From the IMG/VR virus record IMGVR_UViG_3300042691_019786: a stretch of DNA of 64,000 bases, one strand, 5' to 3'. Position 1 is the first letter of the stretch, and each line of letters starts with the position of its first letter. This document shows positions 10,697 to 19,635 of the stretch, in pieces. The notes beneath the pieces are model-generated. The model was given only the letters and a program-made list of their open reading frames with translations, was not told where the DNA came from and did no database searches. The DNA comes from a virus. A program made the position numbers and the translations under genes.

Positions 10697-10738
10697 TTAT
10701 CGTTTAATCTTTCGCTTAATGTTGATAAATGTTTTCAT
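10697..10738 (-). CDS. Putative Lys-rich leader peptide MKTFINIKRKIKR
   Basis: Short ORF directly upstream of two tRNA-Lys genes; same MKT start as the other leaders. Confidence 0.6.
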   Translation of the reverse strand: MKTFINIKRKIKR

Positions 10739-10776
10739 AGTTTCTATTTTTTAATGTTTTTATAATTTTATTTTAG

Positions 10777-10903
10777 TGGGGGCGGCTGGAATTGCACCAA
10801 CGTTTTATCAAATTTACAGTTTGCGTGAATAATTTTGATTTTGCTGCAAACATTCTTTAATCTAAAAGGCAGAATGTGATTTATCTAACATTTCAACACC
10901 CCC
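10777..10903 (-). ncRNA. tRNA-like RNA with CAGCAA stem and a GTA anticodon-like hairpin
   Basis: GGGGGTG/CGCCCCCA acceptor, T-arm-like hairpin, internal CATTCT/AGAATG-TTTGCAGCAA, caaa-ctGTAaa-tttg. Confidence 0.55.
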
Positions 10904-11000
10904 ATAATATGTGTCTCTCCACATCTGTCACACCACTTTGTATTCTGTTAACCTCACGATGGGCCCTAACGGTAAAACGGTGTCAAAAACCAGTATATTT

Positions 11001-11672
11001 TTATTTTCTTCCTTTAACCCAACCTTCGTTTAGGTATGTGTCTAACTCTTCTTTCTTAATCTTCTTATTAGAACCATCCTTAGTTATCCAACATGTACCA
11101 TATTGACTGTTTGATTCACCAATACCTTTACCTTTAGATGATTCAGACATTTTCTTTTTAGTTTGGTCAGAATGATTTTTACCTCTAAATGGTGAACCAA
11201 AATCAAAACCAGAATGTTTTTGACCATTACTAATATTCTTACCTCTAATCAACTTTTCTTCTTCAGTTAAATTTGAATGGTAATTTTTAATAATTACAAT
11301 TTTAAATTTTTCACCATACTTTTCTTTTAGTTTTTCATCACATTTAACCCTACCTAACTTTACACCGTCTTCGGATATAAACCCTCCTTCACCACCAACA
11401 ACTAAATTCATACACTCATCTTTTGCTATTTCATCTAAAGTAACGATTTCTTTTTCTCTTTTTTTCAAATCGGCTCTAGTTTCACAAAATTCTAAAATTT
11501 CTCGCTTGAAATTTGATTTGCCATGTTTTCTAATAGCTAACCTCAATCTATTCCCACTACCTAAATATCCATCATCTAGACTATCGGTACTATGCATTCC
11601 TATATAATATCTACCACTTAATATATTAGTAGTTTTATATATAAAATGATACTTTTTTTCTTTCCTCGCCAT
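11001..11672 (-). mobile_element. GIY-YIG (Seg-like) homing endonuclease with NUMOD3
   Basis: FIYKTT..YYIG.H..Y.GSG and GKNHS.TK.K.S motifs; lies in a tRNA cluster. Confidence 0.88.
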
Positions 11673-11733
11673 AATTATATTCTTTTAATATAAATATGTG
11701 CTAAAACGTAAAAAGTACAAAAAACGGTCTCGG

Positions 11734-11805
11734 AGCAGATGAGGTGAATCGAACACCCATCCGAGCCTTGGCAAGGCCCCGTAATAGCCATTATACGACA
11801 TCTGC
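11734..11805 (-). tRNA. tRNA-Gly(GCC)
   Basis: Cloverleaf; loop ttGCCaa; U73. Confidence 0.88.
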
Positions 11806-11864
11806 ATAGAGTGTGGTAGGGCAGCTGTCCCTTGAGGCACCCACACTTGTTGTTCCTCTTTTTG

Positions 11865-11938
11865 AGCGGATATTCAGAATCGAACTGAAATCCCAGGCTT
11901 GGAAGGCTAGTATAATAAAACCATTATACGATATCCGC
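11865..11938 (-). tRNA. tRNA-Gly(TCC)
   Basis: Cloverleaf; loop ctTCCaa; U73. Confidence 0.88.
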
Positions 11939-12029
11939 AAATTTTGAAGAATGACAGTCACGGCCATCTCTAGGTTCATTCTTCTAATGTTAACCGTGGC
12001 AAAATATGGCTCGACCCTAGTTAACCTTG

Positions 12030-12102
12030 AGCCTTTAGTCGGATTCGAACCAACGACCCCTTCATTACAAGTGAAGTGCACTACCAGCTGTGCTATAAAG
12101 GC
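12030..12102 (-). tRNA. tRNA-Thr(TGT)
   Basis: Cloverleaf; ttca-ctTGTaa-tgaa. Confidence 0.9.
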
Positions 12103-12170
12103 AAAAATGAATTTATTACGTTACTTAATAACTACTAAGTCGATAAAATTCTAAACGGTCTCATAGCGAG

Positions 12171-12252
12171 TGAGAGCAGTAGGATTCGAACCTACTCAGC
12201 GTTAACAACAGATTTACAGTCTGCCCCAGCTCTCCAACTCTGGCGTGCTCCC
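12171..12252 (-). tRNA. tRNA-Tyr(GTA)
   Basis: gcaga-ctGTAaa-tctgt; long variable arm. Confidence 0.9.
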
Positions 12253-12259
12253 AAATAAC

Positions 12260-12321
12260 AAGATAGTATGTTACGTGTCAAAATAAAAGTTTGATGTTTG
12301 GTAATTTGCTGAAACTATCTT
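12260..12321 (-). ncRNA. TCAGCAA-stem RNA displaying a Lys(TTT) anticodon-like hairpin
   Basis: AAGATAGT-TTCAGCAA...tcaaa-ctTTTat-tttga...ACTATCTT; lies just after a promoter motif. Confidence 0.55.
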
Positions 12322-12395
12322 TTATTATTATATTGCAAATGTACAAACTATTTTTTACATATGCAAGTTTTTTTTGTGAAAAAAATTCACTTTTG

Positions 12396-12469
12396 ATTTC
12401 CGAGAGGGCTTCGAACCCCCAAATTCTCCCTTCAAAGGGGAGTGACTTTGCCAGTTTGTCTATCGGAAA
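12396..12469 (-). tRNA. tRNA-Gln(TTG)
   Basis: ctccc-ctTTGaa-gggag. Confidence 0.85.
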
Positions 12470-12536
12470 ATAGTCTAATTCTATGCAGTGGGGCTTCACC
12501 ATATGGCACCCTATGAATTAGTAACAGTCTCTCGTG

Positions 12537-12610
12537 TCGAATAGGTTGGATTCGAACCAACGTGCTCGGCATTCCAAATGCCGCTAGATAAACCACTCCT
12601 ATACTACTCG
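12537..12610 (-). tRNA. tRNA-Pro(TGG)
   Basis: cggca-ttTGGaa-tgccg. Confidence 0.88.
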
Positions 12611-12617
12611 TTATGTG

Positions 12618-12690
12618 TCTAAATGGCAAGGTTCGAACTTGCGGTCTCTGCGTCCCAAACGCAGCGGAATACCAACTTTCCCACATCTAG
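12618..12690 (-). tRNA. tRNA-Pro(TGG)
   Basis: ctgcg-ttTGGga-cgcag. Confidence 0.88.
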
Positions 12691-12753
12691 ATATTTTTAA
12701 ACCAACATGTCAAATAACGTTCCTATTAATTGGGTGGCATAGGTGCCATAAAC

Positions 12754-12788
12754 AAAAAAACCCAGTCTAGATTTCTCTGAACTGGGCC
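12754..12788 (-). terminator. Attenuator terminator 1
   Basis: ggCCCAGT...ACTGGG-TTTTTTT; the 5' arm is also complementary to ACTGGGC inside the leader ORF. Confidence 0.8.
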
Positions 12789-12809
12789 TTATAAGTGTTT
12801 TTATATTTC

Positions 12810-12911
12810 TTATAATGTAGTCAAGTCAAACAACATGACACGCCCAGTCGATTGCGGTTGTCCGCCTTTCGTATACTGTTTCGGTTGATATGTCATATAA
12901 GTTGTTTTCAT
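12810..12911 (-). CDS. Leader peptide 1 MKTTYMTYQPKQYTKGGQPQSTGRVMLFDLTTL
   Basis: Residues 1-20 are only M,K,T,Y,Q,P,G; downstream tRNAs are Pro, Pro, Gln, Tyr, Thr, Gly, Gly, Lys, Lys. Confidence 0.85.
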   Translation of the reverse strand: MKTTYMTYQPKQYTKGGQPQSTGRVMLFDLTTL

Positions 12912-12920
12912 TTTCTTTTA

Positions 12921-12996
12921 TATTAAATATATGGTTTTTTTAAAAAGTTTAAATTTATACTACAAATGTACGAACTATTTTTACATTTGTCAAGTT
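12921..12996 (-). promoter_or_regulatory. Bacteroidetes-type sigmaA promoter (TTGACA...TACATTTG) plus TATATTTAAT element upstream of leader 1
   Basis: Matches the -33/-7 consensus; nearly identical to 55161-55235. Confidence 0.75.
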
Positions 12997-13011
12997 TTTT
13001 TCAAACTTTTT

Positions 13012-13473
13012 TTAATTTTTTTTATTTTTATTTATTTCATCCCTTAATTCAGCTGCTTTTTCGTATTCTTCAGCTTGAATCGCTTCTTCTAATAATTCTT
13101 CCAAAGACTTAGGGTCTTCAAGTTCAAATGGCATGTCTGAAACTTCTAACTTAACAATTTCACCGTCTTCAACTTCCCATATAGACTTTTTAAAGTATAA
13201 TTCATCTTCATGATAATACTCTACTCTAGTAGGTTCACCATATTCAGTGTCTATTTTGAATTTTTCATCATCATCAGTTATTTGTCTAGCGTTAGACAAC
13301 ACTTTGATTAATTTGGATAATTCATCACTAAACCCTTCATTTTTAGGTTTTTCCTCTTTTTTATTTTTCTTCTTAGATTCATCTGAATTCTTTTTATTAA
13401 AGAACTCTTCGAATAATTCGTCAAATGTTTTCATTTTACTTTTTTTTTTTAATAAATTTTTCATGTAACCCAA
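13012..13473 (-). CDS. UvrB/UvrC-motif protein
   Basis: C-terminal LEEAIQAEEYEKAAELRDEI; start probably MKTFDE. Confidence 0.75.
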   Translation of the reverse strand: MGYMKNLLKKKSKMKTFDELFEEFFNKKNSDESKKKNKKEEKPKNEGFSDELSKLIKVLSNARQITDDDEKFKIDTEYGEPTRVEYYHEDELYFKKSIWEVEDGEIVKLEVSDMPFELEDPKSLEELLEEAIQAEEYEKAAELRDEINKNKKN

Positions 13474-13903
13474 TAATCTTTTCTCTAATAAGTTTAATAG
13501 GATTTATTTTGTAAAGGTACATAAAAAATCCAAAAAAAACAAACGCTAACGTATACATAATTGCCATAGTCATCCAATAATTTTTTGTTAGTAGTGTAAT
13601 GCTATAAACGACAACATCATAACCCAGTGGGTTTAAAAATAAAGCAATCGTTATAAATGTATTACCTAAAACTCTTTTTTTTAATCTAAAAAATAAGTGC
13701 GACAATAAGAAGAACACAAATGCTAATCCATATAGAATGTACATTGTACTCCAATAATCGTTGGTTAACTGCATCAGTTTGAAAACCAGTATGTCGAACC
13801 CTAGGGGGTTCAGAAAAGTCGCTATCATTAGACAAATTGTCCCCAGTACTTTTCTGCTTACTATCACATTCACTATCCATTTTTTATTATTTAAAAACAA
13901 CAA
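13436..13903 (-). CDS. Membrane protein with internal duplication
   Basis: FLNPLGFD/FLNPLGYD repeated with hydrophobic helices. Confidence 0.65.
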   Translation of the reverse strand: MLFLNNKKWIVNVIVSRKVLGTICLMIATFLNPLGFDILVFKLMQLTNDYWSTMYILYGLAFVFFLLSHLFFRLKKRVLGNTFITIALFLNPLGYDVVVYSITLLTKNYWMTMAIMYTLAFVFFGFFMYLYKINPIKLIREKIIGLHEKFIKKKK

Positions 13904-13946
13904 CCTTAACTCTACTTAAAAGTTGTTCTTATGAACTAAGTCTTTA

Positions 13947-14267
13947 TTATAAATATCTAATAAAATTAAATATACGTCTATTTTTTAGATAATTCAAGTT
14001 ATTATCATTATCATATGCTTCTTTTTCAAAAGAAACGTTATAATAACCTTTAGTATAATATTCAATCAAGTACCATATATAAAAAGGGATTATTAACATT
14101 TCCAATTGTTGTCTTAGGTGAATTCTTTCATGATTTATCAACTCTGGCGTTGCTTTCACTTTGCTATTAAGAATAACAAAAGGAAAGAACGCCATTGCTG
14201 ATGGTAATTGACCTCCACCTAAAAAGAATGTCAAAAACCTTAAAAATCTATCACTTACTATTACCAT
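13947..14267 (-). CDS. Small HExxH zincin-like membrane protein
   Basis: INHERIH..QQ.E...SFE.EAY. Confidence 0.7.
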   Translation of the reverse strand: MVIVSDRFLRFLTFFLGGGQLPSAMAFFPFVILNSKVKATPELINHERIHLRQQLEMLIIPFYIWYLIEYYTKGYYNVSFEKEAYDNDNNLNYLKNRRIFNFIRYL

Positions 14268-14499
14268 TCCTCTTCAAAGTTATTTTGATAAACCCATATA
14301 TGATTATATAAGTTTAATATTGTTAATTCAAATTGAAACGCTGGTGTATGTTCAGATTTCCATCTATCAAAATTTATTTTTAAATCAAAAAATGTTATAC
14401 CATCTTTAAACGACCTTATTGGCGCTAATAATTGCAATTCCAAATTTAATCTTTTTGGTAATCGTCTGTAAAATATAAAACCAATAAATTTTTTCATTG

Positions 14500-15321
14500 T
14501 TAAGATTTTAATAAAATTTCTTTTATGTCTGCAACTAATTTTCTATGTCCATCACCATATTTTGTCCACGCTAAGCCCATTTTCTTTAAGTCATAGTGTT
14601 TCAATATGGTTGAATAATCAGTCACTCCTTCTGGGTTACCAATAATATAAATACTGTCAGCTAATTCAGCGGCCAATCTGATATCATGTGTTGAGAATAT
14701 GATTGTATTATATTCATCAGCATCCAAAATCTTTTGAAATGATGTTTTTACTTTTTCAATGTTCCCAACATCTAATCCAGAGAATGGTTCATCCAAAATC
14801 ATAAAGTGTTTAGATGATAACATTTGCTCAATGATTGCTGTTCTTTGTCTTTGACCACCAGATAATTCACATGAGTATTTATCTTTATGTTCTAACAAAC
14901 CCCATTCAGTCAAAAACTCAGTAATCAACTTATCTTTTTCTTCCTTTGTTGCTTTGCTTTTTCTCAAAGCATATTGACAAATTTGATACACTGTTTTATG
15001 TCTAAACAACGTGTATTTTTGGTCCACAAACCCTACATCACCCTCAGCTAACACTTTAGCATCGTCTGCAACTTCAGTACTCATGTCACTAATCAAAATC
15101 TGACCAGACATTGGTTTAACCAATCCAGTCAACGCTCTGAACAAAGTAGATTTACCTCTACCAGAACGACCTAACACAGCAATTGTTTGGCCAGTAGATG
15201 CGTGACCATCTCTTACTATGTTTTTCTCAATGATTGAAACATCTTTAAGAATTGTTTTCCCTTCATATCCAACACTAATGTTATCAACATATAATATTGT
15301 ATCTTGTTCTCTATAACTCAT
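14500..15321 (-). CDS. ABC transporter ATP-binding subunit (TauB/SsuB-like)
   Basis: GRSGRGKS, LSGGQ, LDEPF and STHD motifs. Confidence 0.92.
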   Translation of the reverse strand: MSYREQDTILYVDNISVGYEGKTILKDVSIIEKNIVRDGHASTGQTIAVLGRSGRGKSTLFRALTGLVKPMSGQILISDMSTEVADDAKVLAEGDVGFVDQKYTLFRHKTVYQICQYALRKSKATKEEKDKLITEFLTEWGLLEHKDKYSCELSGGQRQRTAIIEQMLSSKHFMILDEPFSGLDVGNIEKVKTSFQKILDADEYNTIIFSTHDIRLAAELADSIYIIGNPEGVTDYSTILKHYDLKKMGLAWTKYGDGHRKLVADIKEILLKS

Positions 15322-15597
15322 ATTATTTTCTTTTTTTAGATGCTAAAATTAAAAACTTATTTTTTGGTTTATCAGTTACTAATGATGTTGTGGGAACTGG
15401 TTTATCTGAATATTTATAATATCTTTCAATAATGTCATTAAGATAATCACTTTCAATATTATACCTACTTTTCATAACTTCACCAATTTCATTAAATATT
15501 AAATCAGCTTCATACGTTCTTTTATCATGAATTAAATCTTTATTATCCCATAACAATACTTTTAATTCATCTATTGTTATAATTTCATTTTTCATAT

Positions 15598-16407
15598 TTA
15601 ATAGTTTGAATATCTGAATATCAACTTACGTAATTTAGTGATGATAAAGTCTAACGATAACCCTACAACAACTATTATTATTTGTAGTGCAATTACTCTA
15701 CCATTGTCACCCAATTTATCACTATTTTTAATTAAGAATCCCATACCACCAGCAGCTGCTAATATAGATTCAACCGTTACAAGCATCATCCAAACAATTG
15801 CTAAGTTTTGTCTTACCAACTCTAACACATAATCTAATCTACCTTTGATAACTACTTCCCATAGAATCTCCCAACGATTGCATCCTAGCGTTTTTGCGTG
15901 GTCCAATTCTTCTTTGGGGATGTCTTGTATCATTTGGATAAGAGATGTCGTTAGAAACGTTGTCATGAACACTACAAGCACCCATACTTGAAGACTTCTA
16001 GCATCGTTGATGATAATTGCTAAATAGAAAGCAATACCAGTCAATGGAAGATATCTTAATTTGGATATAAACGTTCCTACTGGCTTCATAATTGGAATTG
16101 CTGTTGAATATGCAATAACCAATGAGATAATCACTGATAAGAACACAGCGTGTGCACATAAAGCGATTGAACTAACAATGTGAACTACTAACCCTTCAGC
16201 CCATAAATCTCCAAACCCATGAATAACTTGTGTTGGTGTTGGGAACATATGTGATGTTCCAAACATATTTAGTGTCCAAAACACCAATATAGCTACTAAC
16301 CAACCTAACATAATAGTACCTTTAGAAGTACCTTTTAAATCTTGAAATGGTTTTATTAAATTTTTCATATTTTTATTTTTTAAAAGTTTAAAAAAAGCCC
16401 CTAACAA
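15598..16407 (-). CDS. ABC transporter permease (TauC/SsuC-like)
   Basis: FPTP, RYLP, EAA-like AKTLG and W..LV..E motifs; start probably MKNLIK. Confidence 0.85.
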   Translation of the reverse strand: MLGAFFKLLKNKNMKNLIKPFQDLKGTSKGTIMLGWLVAILVFWTLNMFGTSHMFPTPTQVIHGFGDLWAEGLVVHIVSSIALCAHAVFLSVIISLVIAYSTAIPIMKPVGTFISKLRYLPLTGIAFYLAIIINDARSLQVWVLVVFMTTFLTTSLIQMIQDIPKEELDHAKTLGCNRWEILWEVVIKGRLDYVLELVRQNLAIVWMMLVTVESILAAAGGMGFLIKNSDKLGDNGRVIALQIIIVVVGLSLDFIITKLRKLIFRYSNY

Positions 16408-16438
16408 ACGCTAGGGACTTTAATTAAGTTGTGGTAGA

Positions 16439-18253
16439 TTATTGTAACAATGTTATTTCTACACGTCTGTTTTTCGCTTTACCATCAGCAGTAGCGTTGC
16501 TTGCAACTGGATTAGTATCACCTAAACCATCCACAAATTGGATACGAGTTCTAGGGATTCCACGATTAACCAAATAATCAACAACTGAGTTAGCACGACC
16601 TCTAGACAATACCATGTTAGATTGTGAGTTACCAACGTTATCAGTGTGACCAATAACTTTCAATTTGGTTTGCTCAGCTTGAATTAACAAGTTGTAGATA
16701 GTTTCTAGAGTTTTTTCAGACCCTTGGATAGTTGTACTTGCAGTTGCAAAGTTAATATTCCATTGTCCGTCAGCCATCACTTTAGTTTTATTTTCAGCAT
16801 AGTTAAACGTTTGTGTTTTACCAGCATCAACATCAGTAATTGATTTCAAAAAGTATAAGTTAACAGCATCTTCGTATTGTACAACACCATCTTTACAAGT
16901 TTCATTGAAACCACATGGATTCAAATCTGTCAAGTACATAGATACTTGGTTGTATACCGCTTTATATCTGTTGTTACCATCAGTGATTCCGTAGTATTGC
17001 ATAGCATCAGCGTAGTTAAACACTCTTGTACCACCAATATTATAATCTAAACCACCTTTTGTACCTTTTTGACCTTTAAACAATTTATACCAATAGTCAG
17101 CTGTTTCAAAGTTATATGTTTTTGCAACACATTCAGCAGCTTTACGAGCCCATCTATCGTATTGTTTAATTTGGTTACATGCTGTATAAGTTTGTTTCAA
17201 GATATTTGTTACTTCTTTTTCATGTTGTAACGCCCATTCTTTAACAACTATGATTGATGTAGCCATTTGGTTAACAAAGTCCTTTGTAGATACAACATCT
17301 GTAAACCCAGTCAATGCATCAAAAGCCATTTTATCACCTGGTGTCCACGTAGTAGCACCATCAATTTTATGGTTAATTGTTTTACCAGTTAATTTACCAT
17401 CTTTAACTTCTTTCAAAGGTACAGTAAATCCAGTGTTTTGAGATTTAATCAATTCTTTTACAGAGTTGATAAAGTCATCATCTTGTGATGGTACAAAGTT
17501 CAATGCATTAGGGTCATAAGTTGTTGGGTCTGGGTTAACTGGTACACCATTTGCAGATGCATAGTTTACTGCTACTACCCAATCTCCGTCACCGATAACA
17601 GATGACACAACAGCACCTCTAAGCGTTTGTGGGTTATCTTGCCATACTTTAGGACCTATTAACTTATCTTCACCATATGATAAACCGATTGCACCGATAT
17701 TAACTACATGATATTTACCTTTACCAAATTTCTCATCTAACGCTTTTTGTGTCGTTGTGATATAGAAAGGTACACCATCACCCATTATCGATACAGCAAA
17801 AGCTGATTTTTGTGATTTAGGGTATGCAACACCTTTGCTAAATTCTTCAACGAACTTGATTTGCATATCGCGTAAACCACCAACCATGTCTTGTCGCACG
17901 ATTTCTAAGTTTACGTTAGCTGCTTCCATTAGAGACCCTTCAGTTGTACGAGGTCCACCATTTGCTACAATCATACCAGAGTTACCATTCCATGCATATT
18001 CAGCAATTCTAATTAATTTGCTTTCGTCAAAGTTACCAGAAACTTCTGCACTTGGCAACGGTAATTCAGCACCTTTTGTTACGTTATTCAAATCATCAGT
18101 ATTGATTGTTAACGCTTTCATTTCTTTCGATACTGCAACTCTTAAACCTGGAGAAACAAAGTATACGATTGTTAATACGATAGCTAAACCTAATCCTACG
18201 ATTACACCCTCAGCTAAAGTTGTCAATTTTGGTTGTCTTAAAATTCTTCCCAT
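16439..18253 (-). CDS. Periplasmic-binding-fold protein fused to a C-terminal OmpA peptidoglycan-binding domain
   Basis: N-terminal TM anchor; S.G.D motif; GHTD..G....N..LS..RA..V and NRRVEI motifs. Confidence 0.85.
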   Translation of the reverse strand: MGRILRQPKLTTLAEGVIVGLGLAIVLTIVYFVSPGLRVAVSKEMKALTINTDDLNNVTKGAELPLPSAEVSGNFDESKLIRIAEYAWNGNSGMIVANGGPRTTEGSLMEAANVNLEIVRQDMVGGLRDMQIKFVEEFSKGVAYPKSQKSAFAVSIMGDGVPFYITTTQKALDEKFGKGKYHVVNIGAIGLSYGEDKLIGPKVWQDNPQTLRGAVVSSVIGDGDWVVAVNYASANGVPVNPDPTTYDPNALNFVPSQDDDFINSVKELIKSQNTGFTVPLKEVKDGKLTGKTINHKIDGATTWTPGDKMAFDALTGFTDVVSTKDFVNQMATSIIVVKEWALQHEKEVTNILKQTYTACNQIKQYDRWARKAAECVAKTYNFETADYWYKLFKGQKGTKGGLDYNIGGTRVFNYADAMQYYGITDGNNRYKAVYNQVSMYLTDLNPCGFNETCKDGVVQYEDAVNLYFLKSITDVDAGKTQTFNYAENKTKVMADGQWNINFATASTTIQGSEKTLETIYNLLIQAEQTKLKVIGHTDNVGNSQSNMVLSRGRANSVVDYLVNRGIPRTRIQFVDGLGDTNPVASNATADGKAKNRRVEITLLQ

Positions 18254-18501
18254 TTTCTTTTTTTTTTTTGTTTTTACTCTTTTTTTTTACTTTACTATTT
18301 TACTTTTTATTTTTCTTGTTTCTAAGATTAAAATCTGTATTTTTTAATAGATTTAATCCACTCTAACAAGCAAGAGATTTTTACATGATTCGATGTTTTT
18401 GACATTTTTCTTTTTTTTAATTAAACAATTTATATTTCTAATTTCATATCACAAATGTATGGAGAATATTTCAATTCTCCAAACATTTTGTAACATTTTT
18501 T

Positions 18502-19626
18502 TTAAAATAAATCTCCGAAACCTCCAGATTTAACTCTATCTGACTGAGTTAGAACATATTCTGGGTTAGAATATTGTTTTGCCTCTGGGATAATATCTTG
18601 ACCTACTTTGATTTTGTCAGCGATAACATTTAAGTTTGCATACAATTCATCAGAATCTAATGAATAGTTACTAGTTAACGTTTCGATATCTTTCAAGTTT
18701 CCAGCAGTGATTGCGATATCATTAGCGATTGTAGATGTAACAACATCCAACGCATAATCTAACTCCCAACCTTTTGTGAAACCCATCGCATTTTTAGCAG
18801 CTGTTGTAGCAGCGTTTGATTTTTGACCAAACTCATAGTCTTTCTTCAACATATCAACAGTGGCATCAAAGTCTTGGATTTTAATATCCATAACAGTTTC
18901 AACCATTGTTAATTTTTGACCCATTTTCTTCATAATAGCGGCACGAGAACCGTATTTTTGAACAAAGTCTTTTTGTTGGTTTAATCTGTTAGCTACACGT
19001 TGTCCTTCAGCCAATGTTTTTTGCAATTCAGATGCATAATTAACATATTCATCTTCAGCTTTAGCAGCCGTACCCATTTTTTGCACCATTTGGTCCATTG
19101 CTAATTTAATCTTTTCAGCTTTACCTTGAAGAGAGATAATTCTAGTTTGACCAGACTCAGCTTCTTTTTCAGCTTTATCAGCTTCAGCTTCCATTTCAGT
19201 TTTCAACGATGCAATGTTTTGTTTAGAAATTCTGAACATACGTTGGTTTTCAAGCAACTTAACCTTTTCAGCTTCTAATTGAGCAAAAGGGTCGTATTTA
19301 ATTAACGCTTTATGTACGTTACGTGTAAATAAACGAATCCCTTTCAAGATAACTGGTGCCATTATAATACCAGCAACGATTAATACTCCAGTCGCAGCCA
19401 CAGCCATAAATTGGCCAATTGCTTGGAAAACTGGTGGTAATACATATGTCCATGTCAAATAACCAACACCAATTAGTGCGGCCAATTTGAAGAACCAGAA
19501 CATTCCTTTCTCACCTTTACGGAAGTTGTCTACTTTGGTAGCAATTTCGTTTTGGTTAAAGTGTTTTAAAATTGGTAACTCAGCTAAGTTAGCATTTAGC
19601 GTTGTTGTTTTACTTTGTGTACTCAT
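18502..19626 (-). CDS. Membrane-anchored coiled-coil protein (PspA/IM30-like?)
   Basis: Two TM helices followed by a long heptad region. Confidence 0.55.
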   Translation of the reverse strand: MSTQSKTTTLNANLAELPILKHFNQNEIATKVDNFRKGEKGMFWFFKLAALIGVGYLTWTYVLPPVFQAIGQFMAVAATGVLIVAGIIMAPVILKGIRLFTRNVHKALIKYDPFAQLEAEKVKLLENQRMFRISKQNIASLKTEMEAEADKAEKEAESGQTRIISLQGKAEKIKLAMDQMVQKMGTAAKAEDEYVNYASELQKTLAEGQRVANRLNQQKDFVQKYGSRAAIMKKMGQKLTMVETVMDIKIQDFDATVDMLKKDYEFGQKSNAATTAAKNAMGFTKGWELDYALDVVTSTIANDIAITAGNLKDIETLTSNYSLDSDELYANLNVIADKIKVGQDIIPEAKQYSNPEYVLTQSDRVKSGGFGDLF

Positions 19627-19635
19627 TTTTACTTT

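Noticed and set aside
10777-10903. tmRNA (GGGGG 5' end plus T arm)
   Set aside because: Only about 127 nt, with no tag ORF or pseudoknots; better explained as a CAGCAA-stem tRNA mimic.
11809-11858. Second theta ribozyme
   Set aside because: Lacks P3/L3 and P1.1 and does not start at the tRNA 3' end; kept only as an unexplained pseudoknot.
11722-12532. GAGACYGTT seen three times 3' of tRNAs (Gly, Tyr, Pro)
   Set aside because: Short, variably spaced and without shared structure, so I cannot support a function.
10391-12686. ORFs 10391-10615, 11791-12081, 12278-12502 and 12432-12686
   Set aside because: They overlap tRNA genes and are chance frames in GC-richer RNA sequence.
12754-12960. T-box riboswitches as the explanation for the tRNA-cluster leaders
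   Set aside because: No T-box consensus (TGGNACC bulge) or stem I was seen; translated leader ORFs explain the layout.
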